Source: Paramecium tetraurelia
Taxonomy: Eukaryota
Direction of reading: 5' to 3'
DNA length: 64,000 nucleotides
Assembly: GCA_000165425.1 (NCBI GenBank)
Contig: CT868024.1
Coordinates: forward strand, 62,001 to 126,000
The position numbers and the translations under genes are program-made. This document shows positions 53,309 to 64,000 of this stretch, piece after piece; the stretch's first letter is position 1, and every line of letters starts with the position of its first letter. The notes below the pieces were generated by a model. The model was not told the origin of the DNA and did no database searches. It saw only the letters and a program-made list of their open reading frames with translations.

Positions 53309-54129
53309 TCATCGTTGCTTAAAATAATAATATTCTTATGGTTTCGTTATTTTATTTAAAATTTCTCCTATTTGGGAGAGATATTTGAGCTTTTCTTGTT
53401 GGTCGCTTCTTAAGACTTAGGCATAAGCATGTTTTTGATAGAATTCAATAGACAACTTTTAGAATAGGGTTTTAAATAGATCTTAGCATTATTACCCTTT
53501 GGGATCAGAATGACATAAGATCAACATATCCTAGATGGCCTTTACTTCGAATTGCTATAGCCATGTTTTGAAATGGGGCTTGAGATTGGTGTTTTCTGAA
53601 AAGTAGATCTCAATAATTTAAATTGCTTCTTCATGTTAAAAAATAAAATTCATTTAATTTTAGATTAGAACATTTTATATTTTTTTTTCTTCTATTATAA
53701 AAATATAACATATTATATATACCATCAATAGGGTAGAATCCTTTTTGTTAGATTTCGATCTATTTGATTAGTTCCTCAACGGCGTCATTTCTGTTCTCTT
53801 CGACTCGAAAAGAGGGGTTATTTAGTGTTCTTAACTATTTATTGGAATAGGCTTATTAAATTAGTTATTGTAGGAAGCTGAGAGGGATGGTGACAGTTGG
53901 ATCTTGGCGAGTCTACATTAAGAAACATGATTACAATGGTTTCATCGGCTGGTTGGAAGCGTAGATTTAACTATGGATATTTGCGTCTTTCCTCACTATT
54001 GGCAATATCGTTGTGAATAATTTTGACAGGAGCATATTTTAAGTGCACATGATTGTTGCCATTGTGATGATGATTGTTGTCATTAGATTCCATGTTTAGT
54101 TTAGATGGATGATAACGTTCGAAGCTCAT
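53309..54129 (-). CDS. Hypothetical protein
   Basis: Two introns join MSFERYHPS... to ...FQKLSIEFYQKHAYAQVLRSDQQEKLKYLSQI...FKQR*. Confidence 0.7.
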
Positions 54130-54256
54130 TCTTATAGACGATAAATTATAAATAAATTATTATATAAAATGATCAATCAAATTTTCATTATCAGGAATTA
54201 AATAAATTAAAATAATTATTTGATAGATAATAAAAATTAATATAAGTACTTCATCA

Positions 54257-55373
54257 TCATTATTATTTAACATTCTTATGAGACTACAAATAAGATAAGA
54301 AATAAATGATTACCAATAGCGTTGAAGTTTTTTGTTAAAGTAAAGTCGTAGAATGTTTTGGGTGGATTTGCTCCTTGGAATCCACTAACTATTTAAGTGT
54401 TCTGTAGATGTTGACAGCTTCCATAATCTTGTAATCCCCAATACTCCTACTATTATTTTGACTTCGATTAAAGTGGTTGTCCTTGTTTAAATAAAACTAG
54501 GATCAAAGGACATAATTACTTATTGTGTCGTATTAGCTTTGGTTGAACTAAGATCGTATGTGTGATTGGAAGTTTACTTTAAAATGGTTTTGACTGGTGA
54601 GGTCTTTTCACTCTCTGAATTCCTCTTTTGAGACAACTATTTCAAAGGTGGTTTGGGGATCTTACGCTCACTGGAAATCACTTTGCTGGACTTAATAACA
54701 TTGGCTTCGATGTTGACTGATTTTGTTTTTTGTTTAACAATTTTTTTTTCGGATTGAGTGTTGATTTAAAGAAAATCATAGGGTTTGGATTAATCGTTAG
54801 TTTTGGATTCTTCAATCTTTCTCTGATTGGAATAATTGCGTAGAGATTCAGCCAGTTTGGAATAAGAATTTTCAGCTGCCTTATTGATTTTGTTAGATTT
54901 TTGTCTATTTGTATAATAGCTTTGATTCTTGTTCTAAATTGAAGTTTTCTATTCAGATTTGGATAATTCAGTTTGATTTAATGTTTTGGTCAGTATTTTA
55001 GAATGGGAATATTGTTTTTCCAAATAGAGTGGTTTAGTTCTGTTCGTGTTATATTCATTGGTCATTTTTTGTATTTCCACATCAATATTGCCAATGTCCT
55101 TTAACAATGAAGTCTTAACTATTTTTTTTAATTGATTTTCTTTGGAAGTGTCCCCAATGCCTTAATTTGATTGATTGAGCTTTTAAGGTAATTTGGGTTA
55201 CTCATGTTTGGATAGGATATTATTTTTCGATAGTTACTGTTATTTTTGAACTTTAGTGTATTGATCGATTAAATTTCCTATTAGTTTTTTCTTTCTCTTG
55301 ATAGAATATTTAGTGGTTACCTTTCCTCGAATATAAGAGCTGCCTCATCCTCATTCATTTTACTCAACTTCAT
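54257..55373 (-). CDS. Hypothetical K/S/N-rich protein
   Basis: Long open code-6 frame with two 3' introns; the 5' exon junction is uncertain. Confidence 0.6.
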
Positions 55374-55436
55374 CCGCGTCAATTAATAAATTATTTATTA
55401 ATTTTAGTTATTATAATAATTATATATCAACGTCGA

Positions 55437-55960
55437 TCACTAAGATTAAATAAATTAGGCTGTCTTTCTATCCTGATTCTATTGTTGCGTACAAAAGGGC
55501 TGAGGTTCCTCATCCGATCCGAAGAGAGACTATTCCATTTCCTCGATAGACTCCTTTTTGCTTTTAGGCCATTTTTCTTTTTCGTAAATTCTCCTGATCA
55601 AATCCTTTTTATTTTATTTCTTAGCATGAGAAATCTGAGAATAAGTAGTCATCACATCATCGTCTATTGTAGTTTTATTAAGCTTCTATTGGAAGATCGA
55701 AGATATATTTAAATCGGAATCTTAAAACACTCTAAAAACAACTCTCTCCTTTTGGGACTCCAAATAGACTTTCCCCAATGTATATTACTACACATTCTTA
55801 TTTAGTTGATACTTCTTGTGTACTATCACAGATATTCGCAACATTTACATAGACTATCAAGAAAATTGGCTTTTGGCTTGAGATCACTCAAATCTAATTA
55901 AGGAAAATGCTTTCGACTTGCCCTCCCTTTGATCTCCGTTGAGTGTACTTCCTAGCTCAT
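55437..55960 (-). CDS. Hypothetical protein
   Basis: One intron; ...FRVFQDSDLNISSIFQQKLNKTTIDDDVMTTYSQISHAKK... Confidence 0.7.
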
Positions 55961-56082
55961 TAATTTAAATATTGTTGTGTTCGATTTTCTTGACTTCGAA
56001 TTATATATAAATATTAAATATTCTACTAATTCAGATGTCTAAATTGTTTATAATGCACTCGAGAATATAAAATATATTAATT

Positions 56083-58459
56083 ATGCGATACCAGCAATTA
56101 GTAACTCATGTCATCGACCTCATCAAATCTTACAATCCCATTATCCTGACTCCAGACTCCCATTGCGAACAATACATCCAGGAAAATTGCAAGAAACTCT
56201 TCGATACTGAAATCATGTTTTTGAAACAAGTATCAATTTTGCACTCATTCTCAAATAGGTTTTCTCAGGAGTACAACGTTATGAAGAGTTCCTCAAAATC
56301 CTCACCAAAACTATGTTCACTCTCTTGTCCAGCACAACCAATAGAAATGATGCCACTCTATATCACATCTTCTCCTATCTCATTTTGTTTAGATTGGATG
56401 AACTACCCTACAATGAATTCAAAAAGATGGTCAACGAACAAGACCCAGTCAAAATGAATGTCCTCTTGCAATTTCTATTTGACATCGACAAAGTTATTAC
56501 GCATGTCAAACCCCTATGGATAGAAATCTACGATCCTCAATACATCCACGAAACTGTGATTGGAGGCTTGGAATAGCACTTCCCCATGATGAAAGATCTA
56601 TTGAGTTCTCTGAGTTCGAGAGCCACTGGCAAACAAAGCGAATTGGTCCAAGATGATGAAAGACCTGAATCAGCTGCAAAAAAATAACCGACGAAAACTA
56701 TGCCCTTCAAATTGAGTGAAACCAAGAAAAAGCCCGATCCTCCTCCTCCTCCTAAACCAGAGTTATACAAAAGTAAACCTGTTCCAAGTAATCTCAATAA
56801 AAAAACATTGCAATAGATTGAAGAAGACAATAAGCTTAGATTTGAGCAATCTAAAAAAAAGGTTCAAGAAACCTATAAGGATGCAAAGTAATTTGAATTC
56901 AAAACAGATCTTCGACCAACCAACTATGAAACTGTCAAAAAGGAGGTCGAAGACACTCTCAATCAATAATTGTAGTTCAATATGAAAATTGCTAAACCTG
57001 CCCCTGCTGATTTAGAGACTGCAGAAATCAAATTAAATGCTGCAGCCATCTTGAGGGAGGAAATGCTATTAAAGAAGAAACAAGATATTGAAAGAGAGAG
57101 AGTCAAAAATCTAGAAGTCAATCTCAGAGATTCAGGAGAATTCGAAGAATGGAAGAGGTAGTAGGAAGAAGTAGAGTAAATAGCTAGAATGGAACATCAA
57201 CAACAAAAAAAGATAGAAATGGAATTGGCAAGAGAAGCAGCTATGAGAGCATAAGAGGAGAAATTTAAGGAGAATAGAATCTTGGCTGAAAAAATGAAGG
57301 TTGAGGCTGTGGAAAGATTAAAGGAAAGATAAGAATTGTAGTAAGAATAAGTTGAGTATAAAAAGTAATTAATAGAGCAAATTATGGAGGCTGAGAAGAA
57401 GGTGTATTTGTAAGTAGAGAAAGTGCAAGAGAAGAATAAGCAAATGGCTGAGGATTAGAAATTAGAAATGGCTAGGATGTTGGAATTGAAGAGACAGGAA
57501 GATGAGTAAATTAGAATTAAGAGAGAAGAGTTAATTAAATAAATTAGGGAGTTAGAAAGGTAACCAATCAAAAGAACTAAGGGATATGATCCTACTGAAA
57601 CTATGGGTTATGGTCTGTTGGAAGAAATGTCATTGGCTGAATTAAGAGATAGATTAGAAGTTGTAAAGGCTGAAAGAAAGGCCGAAGAAGAAGACAAAAG
57701 AAAGGAGATTGTTACTTAGAAGGATGAATACTTATCATCGATGTAAAGGAAGGTCCAAGAAATTAAAGCACATCGATAAGCTGAATCGTAGCAGAAGGAC
57801 ATGGAGAGAGAAGCTAAGAGGATGAAAAAGCAAAAGGAGGAAGAGTTGAGAAAAAAGATTAGGGAGGAACAATTACTTTAAGTTTAAAATAAGATTAGCA
57901 ACAAAAAGCAAGTCAAGAGTGCTGAAGAACAAAGAATAGCAGCTGAAGTTAGAGAAACTAAACTTAGATAGCAATATATGAATGCTAATAAGGCTATGGT
58001 GGAAATGAAAGCTTGGGAAGTCTCAATAGGATGGTATAATAGAAGAATAATTGGTTAGGTTTGGAGAGAGAAATCAAGAATAGACAGAATGAAAAACTTA
58101 TTGTATAAGAGGGAGTCGAATCGGTGAATTTAAGGGAGAGGAAGATCTTGGCTGAGTAAGCTAAGAGATTAGTGAAGACTAAAGTTGATTTCAATTAGGC
58201 ATATGATAATGAATTGAAGACAGCCTATAAAATGAATGACTAATTGCATTTAGAGGAGGCTGAAAATAGAACTTAAATGCATAACATTCAAAGAGAGTGG
58301 AAGGAAGAACATACTAAAAATATGATCACTAGAGATGAGTATAAATAGAAAATATCAGAAACTTCATTGAAAAATTCAAAAAAAAAAAAATAATAATAAA
58401 CTATTAAATAAGATTTTAGTAGATAATTAGAATAACTACCTTCAGCTTAGTATTCTTGA
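56083..58459 (+). CDS. CFAP99: Cilia- and flagella-associated protein 99-like (apparent 1-nt insertion at about 58016)
   Basis: YLILFRLDEL...KMNVLLQFLFD...WIEIYD, PFKLSE, LNAAAILREE, GLLEEMSLAELRDRL, long coiled coil. Confidence 0.85.
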
Positions 58460-58532
58460 TATTTCATCACATAATCAAACTAGATATTTATTTTTTATAA
58501 TATAATATGCTTGGTTATTTTATTAGATAAAA

Positions 58533-60792
58533 TCACATCCCAAGAAATCTTTTTGTTTTATTAATTGTTTCTGCTGCTGTCTTCTTCACCTTATCCATAA
58601 CTGCTTCACTAGTTTGTCGTTGGAATGTTTATCTATTTATTTAAATATTTAAAATACTGTGGATCTTATTTCAAGAGTTTCTATGCATTTCTCAACACTA
58701 ACAATGTCTTTTTGATGGTATCTCTTTTCGATTGTAATGTATTCAGGCTAAAATGAATTAAACACATTCTTTACTTCAGACATCAATCCCATCACTGACT
58801 AACTTTTCATGATTTCATTGTATAATTAGAATTGCATTTATTCTTAAGCAGCTCTAACTAAGAAATACCCTATTGCCTTAGGAACAGAATCTCTTAGGTT
58901 TCTTATGACAATTCTATAATAAGCATCTAATCTTCTGCTCAATTCTTAAGCTAAAACCTTTTCAGGGTCTGTGTCTTATTTGTTAGCCTAAGCAGCAGGT
59001 TTATTCGCAGTGTTTGCAGATGTATTTGCCGTATTTGCAGTGCCAGCAGCATTGTCACCTGTTGGAGCAGCAGCTGCAGTTTTCTAGTCTTCTTTATCTT
59101 CTTACTAAAATGATATAGAATAAATAGAACATACTGGGATAATGCTGGCATTCATGGTTAAGTAGTCTTGATCATTTGTGAAAATGTATCCTAATTCAGC
59201 ATCAATCAAGTTTTCAACAACAACTTTAGTTTTGTTCTTTTATTCTGTCAGTACTTAAGAACTGATGTCTGAAATAGCATCTAAAATTGTTGGGAATCTG
59301 TAAAACACCTTTTTCAATATGCTATTAGACAATGAGTCAACATAGGTAAACACTTCATTTAAAGTATCTATTGCAGGATCCCTCAATCTTCTCTAATTAT
59401 GGCATGATTAAATATAAAAAGCTATCAAATGATGGGAATCCTGGAATAGAATCACCTTAATGTAATCTGATGGCTTCTCTAATTTCTCTATCTGTGTACT
59501 CTCGACTGACTCTGTAATTCTTGCCAGATTATCTAAATCCTAATACTAATAGAATACTCATTGTATAGTTCATTCAAATATAGTTTCACTTAGGCTCCTC
59601 CTGAGATTTGAGTGTCTTTCTGTAATGCTGATTTAACATCGAATTTTCCTCTTAATTTATTATTTAAATTTTCTGTATATTCAGTCAACATATTCCATAT
59701 AACTTGCATCTTCTCCTTGTTGTCTCTTGGTAATCCTGGGCCTAATTGAGCGAGTTTGACTTCACAGTCCTATACTTTTTAATCGATTTCCCTAATGATC
59801 TGAGGCAAGGATGCTCGAATACTGTTAATATATAATAGATGCATACTGTTTAAACAAAATAGTAGTTAATTTCTGAATCAATGCCTTTGTTCCCATGATG
59901 TCTGGAGGCATTTAAGAATATAATGGATGTTTTGCAAAGAAATCAGTCTCCCTTTACAATGCAATACCAACTCTGACCTTCTCATTAATGTCTTTTTAAT
60001 TTCTGTTTTTAACACCAACAAAACCCAATTTCAATGGAATTATTTGTCCCAACAATTCCTTTCTGCAATCTGTTCCTTAATCCATGATATCAATCTAGAT
60101 TCACTATGAATTACTACTTTTGTAATAACACCCAAAGTCCTTGATCCTGTTGGATCTAATTTGATTGCTAATTGAAGTCCATCACTAGTTGATAAATCCT
60201 GATTGGCTGGACACACAGCTAAGATTATTGTTCTCTCATCTTAACAATAATGAGTGGCCATCTCCAAAGTGACTTTTTCTATGTCTTCTCTCTGTCCTTT
60301 GATTGCTATTCTTGTAATTCCTGGTAAATCGATCACTGTCAAGTCTGGACAATCTCGTGAATAGACAGTCATTACAATTGGGTCAGGGACAACATCTAGT
60401 CGATAATTTCACTTCAAAATACCTTTTGAATTTCCTGTTGCTTTATCTGTCAATTCTACAATGTATTCTCTAACCTTCTCAAAATCAAAGAATTTCTGAT
60501 CTTTGCACACATCAAACACTGCCCATGGTTTTAATGCGTCAGGTTTATGTATCAATCTCATTTCCAAAGGTCTTCTTGTCACTATACCTTCTCCTCTTGG
60601 TAAGAAATCCAATCCGACAATGTTTTCCAAAAGACTACTTTTTCCTGCACTCTAACTTCCCAACACAGCTATTCTGGGTAATTTGATGTACTCCTAAACT
60701 CCTAAGTCTCTCAACTGATCGATGAGTGTAATCAAAGATCTTAAATTATCAAAGAGTTGTCCTTATAATGAACTATCTTATTATTCTGACAT
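58533..60792 (-). CDS. Dynamin-related GTPase (apparent 1-nt insertion at about 59390)
   Basis: [40 protein letters not shown] motif, middle and GED regions. Confidence 0.95.
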
Positions 60793-60962
60793 TATTTAAT
60801 TAAATTTATTATAGCAAAATCCTTTATATTGAGATTTAAAGAACATAAAATATTGTCAAGGTGTTGCCTTGGTACAAATCACATAAATCCATTTTCCTTC
60901 TCATGTGATATCATATACTTTTAAAATTACAAATAAAACAAAATAAGATTGCAAAATTATAA

Positions 60963-61763
60963 TCATTTGATATTTTTTTATATCTTTTTGATTTATTAAT
61001 ACAGATTGGTATATATTTCTAGGTTTTCTTGATGCAATTCATCAATTGAATTGACAATGGCTGCAATACCCTCATTGGGATCCCCATGTCTTATTTGACT
61101 AAATTGGTAATGATATTATATATACTAACATAATGTAGGCATGGCTATCCTAGTTAATCTTCGCTTTTCGACATCAGTTAATTGAAACTTAATTTTAAAG
61201 GTATCATCATCACTTGATTTAAAAATGTTGTTAACTTTTTTTTCATTTGCTCTATTCAAGCCAGGCTCATCACTCTTTTGTTTTTCCTTACCCATCCTTC
61301 TGACCAGCAAGTTATCTCTCGTCATTTCTATTGCATCCATCAATCTATTAACATTTCTATCACTCCATAAGTCAACAACCCCCATTGAGCCATCGTTGGC
61401 CAACTCTCCAAAAGCATCATGTACTTATTTGATCAGTGGTTATAAATAATAGTTGTTCTTTTTTTCATGCATTCTAAATCCAAATTTTAAGAAAGTTAAT
61501 TTTTTTGTTTTCGATTTGTTATTCACTTTTCCATAAGTTTCGTCTCGTTTTTATTATATTTCAGTTTTTGGAATGACATACTAAGGTTTATGAAGCCATT
61601 TGCCACGTATATGGCCGAGAGCAAACTAATTCTTCACATTCTCTTATAGGATATCAAAATTAGGTAGCAGAGACGGTTCTGTTTTGGTTCTTTTGGCTTA
61701 AAATGTTCTGTGACTTGAGCTGACCTGTCCCCTACTCTGTAAATTATCTCTCTAAGTATTCAT
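60963..61763 (-). CDS. Hypothetical basic protein
   Basis: Open code-6 frame with one 3' intron. Confidence 0.7.
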
Positions 61764-61796
61764 CAATTTATAATTAATAGTAATAATTAAATCAAT

Positions 61797-63315
61797 TCAA
61801 TATTGTCTTCTGTCCATCAAGATATTACTTAAATATGTTTTTGTTTGTCTGAGTTCCTCAATCTACTACAACTGCTAATAATTTTAATATTTAAAGTATT
61901 AAGCCTCATTCCTTAATTGTTCACATTCATTCCTCAACTGAAAACACTCCTCTTCCAGATTCATTTGTCCCTCAACCTAACTCTTCTCCTAGGCCTATCT
62001 AATCTAATCTCTTAACCCTGTGCATTCCAATTAAACCTTGAGGAACATATTCTTCTCTACATTCACAGTTTATTACAACTCAAAAATCTATTTCTTTAAT
62101 TCTTTTAATTCCTACTTCAAAATCTCATTTTAACTAAATAGCGTTTGAAATTCAGCATCCTAATTTTGATTTTTAAGTTGCAACTTTTCTTTCAAAACAA
62201 TCTCTCTTTCAAGTTCTTGCCTTATCTCTACTATTTTCTCTTGAAGTCTCTTAACCTGAGTATTCAATTATTTAATTTCACTCTCATTGTCACTTTTAAC
62301 CTACTTATTACTGTTTCTCGCATCTTTCAACAAATTTTACTACTCAATCAATTTTTACTTCAGATGTTTAAGTTATTAATCTTTTTCCTCCAACTGAGCT
62401 TCCTATGCTTTGACTATCACAGTTAACTTATCGTATTTATTTTCTAAGTCTATCAAAACTTAATTCTTATGCTCAATTCTCTTAGTCAATGAATGAAACT
62501 ATGTGCAAATAATAAAATAGGCATACTTCAGATTGATTGCCTTATTGTTGCAATCTAAAGTTGTTGTACTCCTATTCCAATGATTCATACATTTTTGATA
62601 CTTTCTTCATCTAAACGGATTACTCATTAAACTTTCTATCTATTTTCTCAATATCATTAATAAGGTCATTATTCTTCTTCATCAATGAATCAATCAGCTT
62701 ATCCTTCTTAGCATTCTCCAAATTGAAACCTTCACTTTGCTAAGATAAATTCTTGATGACTGTCTCCTGCTTTAATAAAGTGCTCTTAAACATATCTTCA
62801 CATTCCTTTAGAGTTTACATTACATTATTCAATTCATCATTCGATTCCAATAATTATTTTTATAATTTTGATTTATCTTACTTCAGAATTTGCTCATCTT
62901 GTTTTAATTGCTTATTAATGTCCGTCAAGACTTGCATCTTCTGATTTGTTTCGTTCATCAATTACTTAAGCAAAGCATTGTTTTTATTTAATTCCTCTAT
63001 TCTCTTTTATTATTCAATCATTATTTCATTCAATTCCTCCAATTAATTTATCAACTTCTTCAATTTAGGATCACTATGCACTACATCCTTATTTTATGCA
63101 TTTAATAAGGTCTGATGCTACTTCTCCAATGCCACATAGGCCAAAGACAGACGTTCCACCTCAGTTGAAACAAGCACGAAATTCTTCATCACTGTCCACT
63201 TTTCAATCAATGAATCCTGTCTCACCAATTCTTGTAGATTGGTCTCCAATTCAATGAGATTCTTTCGCAATTTAGCATTTTCTTCTAAGAGATATGCCTC
63301 GTTATTATTTTACAT
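61797..63315 (-). CDS. Coiled-coil protein
   Basis: Heptad-rich frame containing FVLVSTEVERL, similar to the repeat in 9450-12741. Confidence 0.8.
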
Positions 63316-63451
63316 TTTTTGAAATATAAATTAATTTTTATGTTTAATCTTCGATAAGGATTATTACATTATTCATATTTAGATCTTCAGAATTATTTTT
63401 TACAGTGAAGTTCTAAATTAATAATTTCTTTACCAATTTTATATAATAATA

Positions 63452-64000
63452 ATGCAATTAAAAACAAAGCTATTGTTAACTTAATTGATGTTATAAAATT
63501 TAATTACTCTGATTTAGGCAGGGAATTAAGAGCATAAAGATGTAATGGCCATAACTCAAAATTCAATTGGATTGTTATTAAACCTGATTATTTTTTGTTC
63601 AGAATATGCAAAACAAAGACAAGACTTCATCAACATTTTGATTCAAATAAACATTATTGTTGAATTAGAGACTGTCTTTTACAACGTGGACAACATCACT
63701 AATTACTTCTCTCTCATCTACTTATTGATTGTAGAAGATGTGTTGAAAAAATAGCACAAATGTTATTAATTTTTAACTCACACAATTTGCATCTATGTTT
63801 CTATTAGACTTGGAGCTTAATTCTATGAAAAATTTACAACCCAGAACTTTGCTCTATTTGTTCTCTGGCAACCACTCAACCATCTAATATTTTACAAAGA
63901 CAATCAACCAAATGAAATTAGAAAGCCAAGTCCTACTTCTCTATCACAAAGACAACCCAATCACAATGCTCACTTCAGTTACGCAGAATAAATCTAATAG
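63452..64000 (+). CDS. Transmembrane protein, 3' truncated by the window edge
   Basis: Hydrophobic N-terminal segments; frame stays open to the window end; exact start is uncertain. Confidence 0.55.

Noticed and set aside
53285..53634. Apparent in-frame TGT-TGA (Cys-Sec) selenoprotein on the minus strand
   Set aside because: Wrong frame; another frame is fully open and splices into the 53309-54129 gene
33644..58459. Apparent clustering of ciliary genes (SAXO-like, IFT52, DAW1, CFAP99)
   Set aside because: They are interspersed with unrelated genes, and ciliary genes are abundant in ciliates; no evidence of enrichment
1206..62944. Many hydrophobic F/L/I-rich ORFs in the supplied track (for example 1206-1541, 29113-29433, 62145-62426)
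   Set aside because: They are antisense shadows of K/E/Q-rich genes on the opposite strand

Overview
AT-rich, gene-dense ciliate macronuclear DNA that looks like Paramecium. Coding frames read through TAA/TAG as Gln and end only at TGA (genetic code 6). They are interrupted by 20-36 nt GT..AG introns and separated by very short spacers, so the supplied standard-code ORF track shows only fragments. I translated by hand about 40 protein genes. Recognisable ones are a TEY MAP kinase, a trichocyst matrix protein, a cNMP-domain K+ channel, RNF170, an HSF, a SKP1-like protein, a SAXO-like protein, NOB1, IFT52, a serine carboxypeptidase, a CTL/SLC44 transporter, an NRF-6-like acyltransferase, DAW1/ODA16, glutaredoxin, RNA 3'-phosphate cyclase, CFAP99 and a dynamin-related GTPase. 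The main signals missing from the ORF track are: (1) a tandem cluster of 8 box C/D snoRNAs plus one decayed copy at 21.6-22.4 kb (U15-, U31-, U24-, U80/snR60-, U52+U53- and U60-like, plus two sharing one SSU guide in different registers); (2) three paralogous microproteins combining a PP1-docking RVxF module, a V[ED]NWKxYN motif and a C-terminal CaaX box; (3) a glutamine-amidotransferase-fold protein lacking its catalytic triad; (4) about 12 single-base insertions frameshifting conserved genes between 39.5 and 59.4 kb, most likely assembly errors; (5) divergent start codons as close as 5 bp. All family names come from motif recognition, with no database search.
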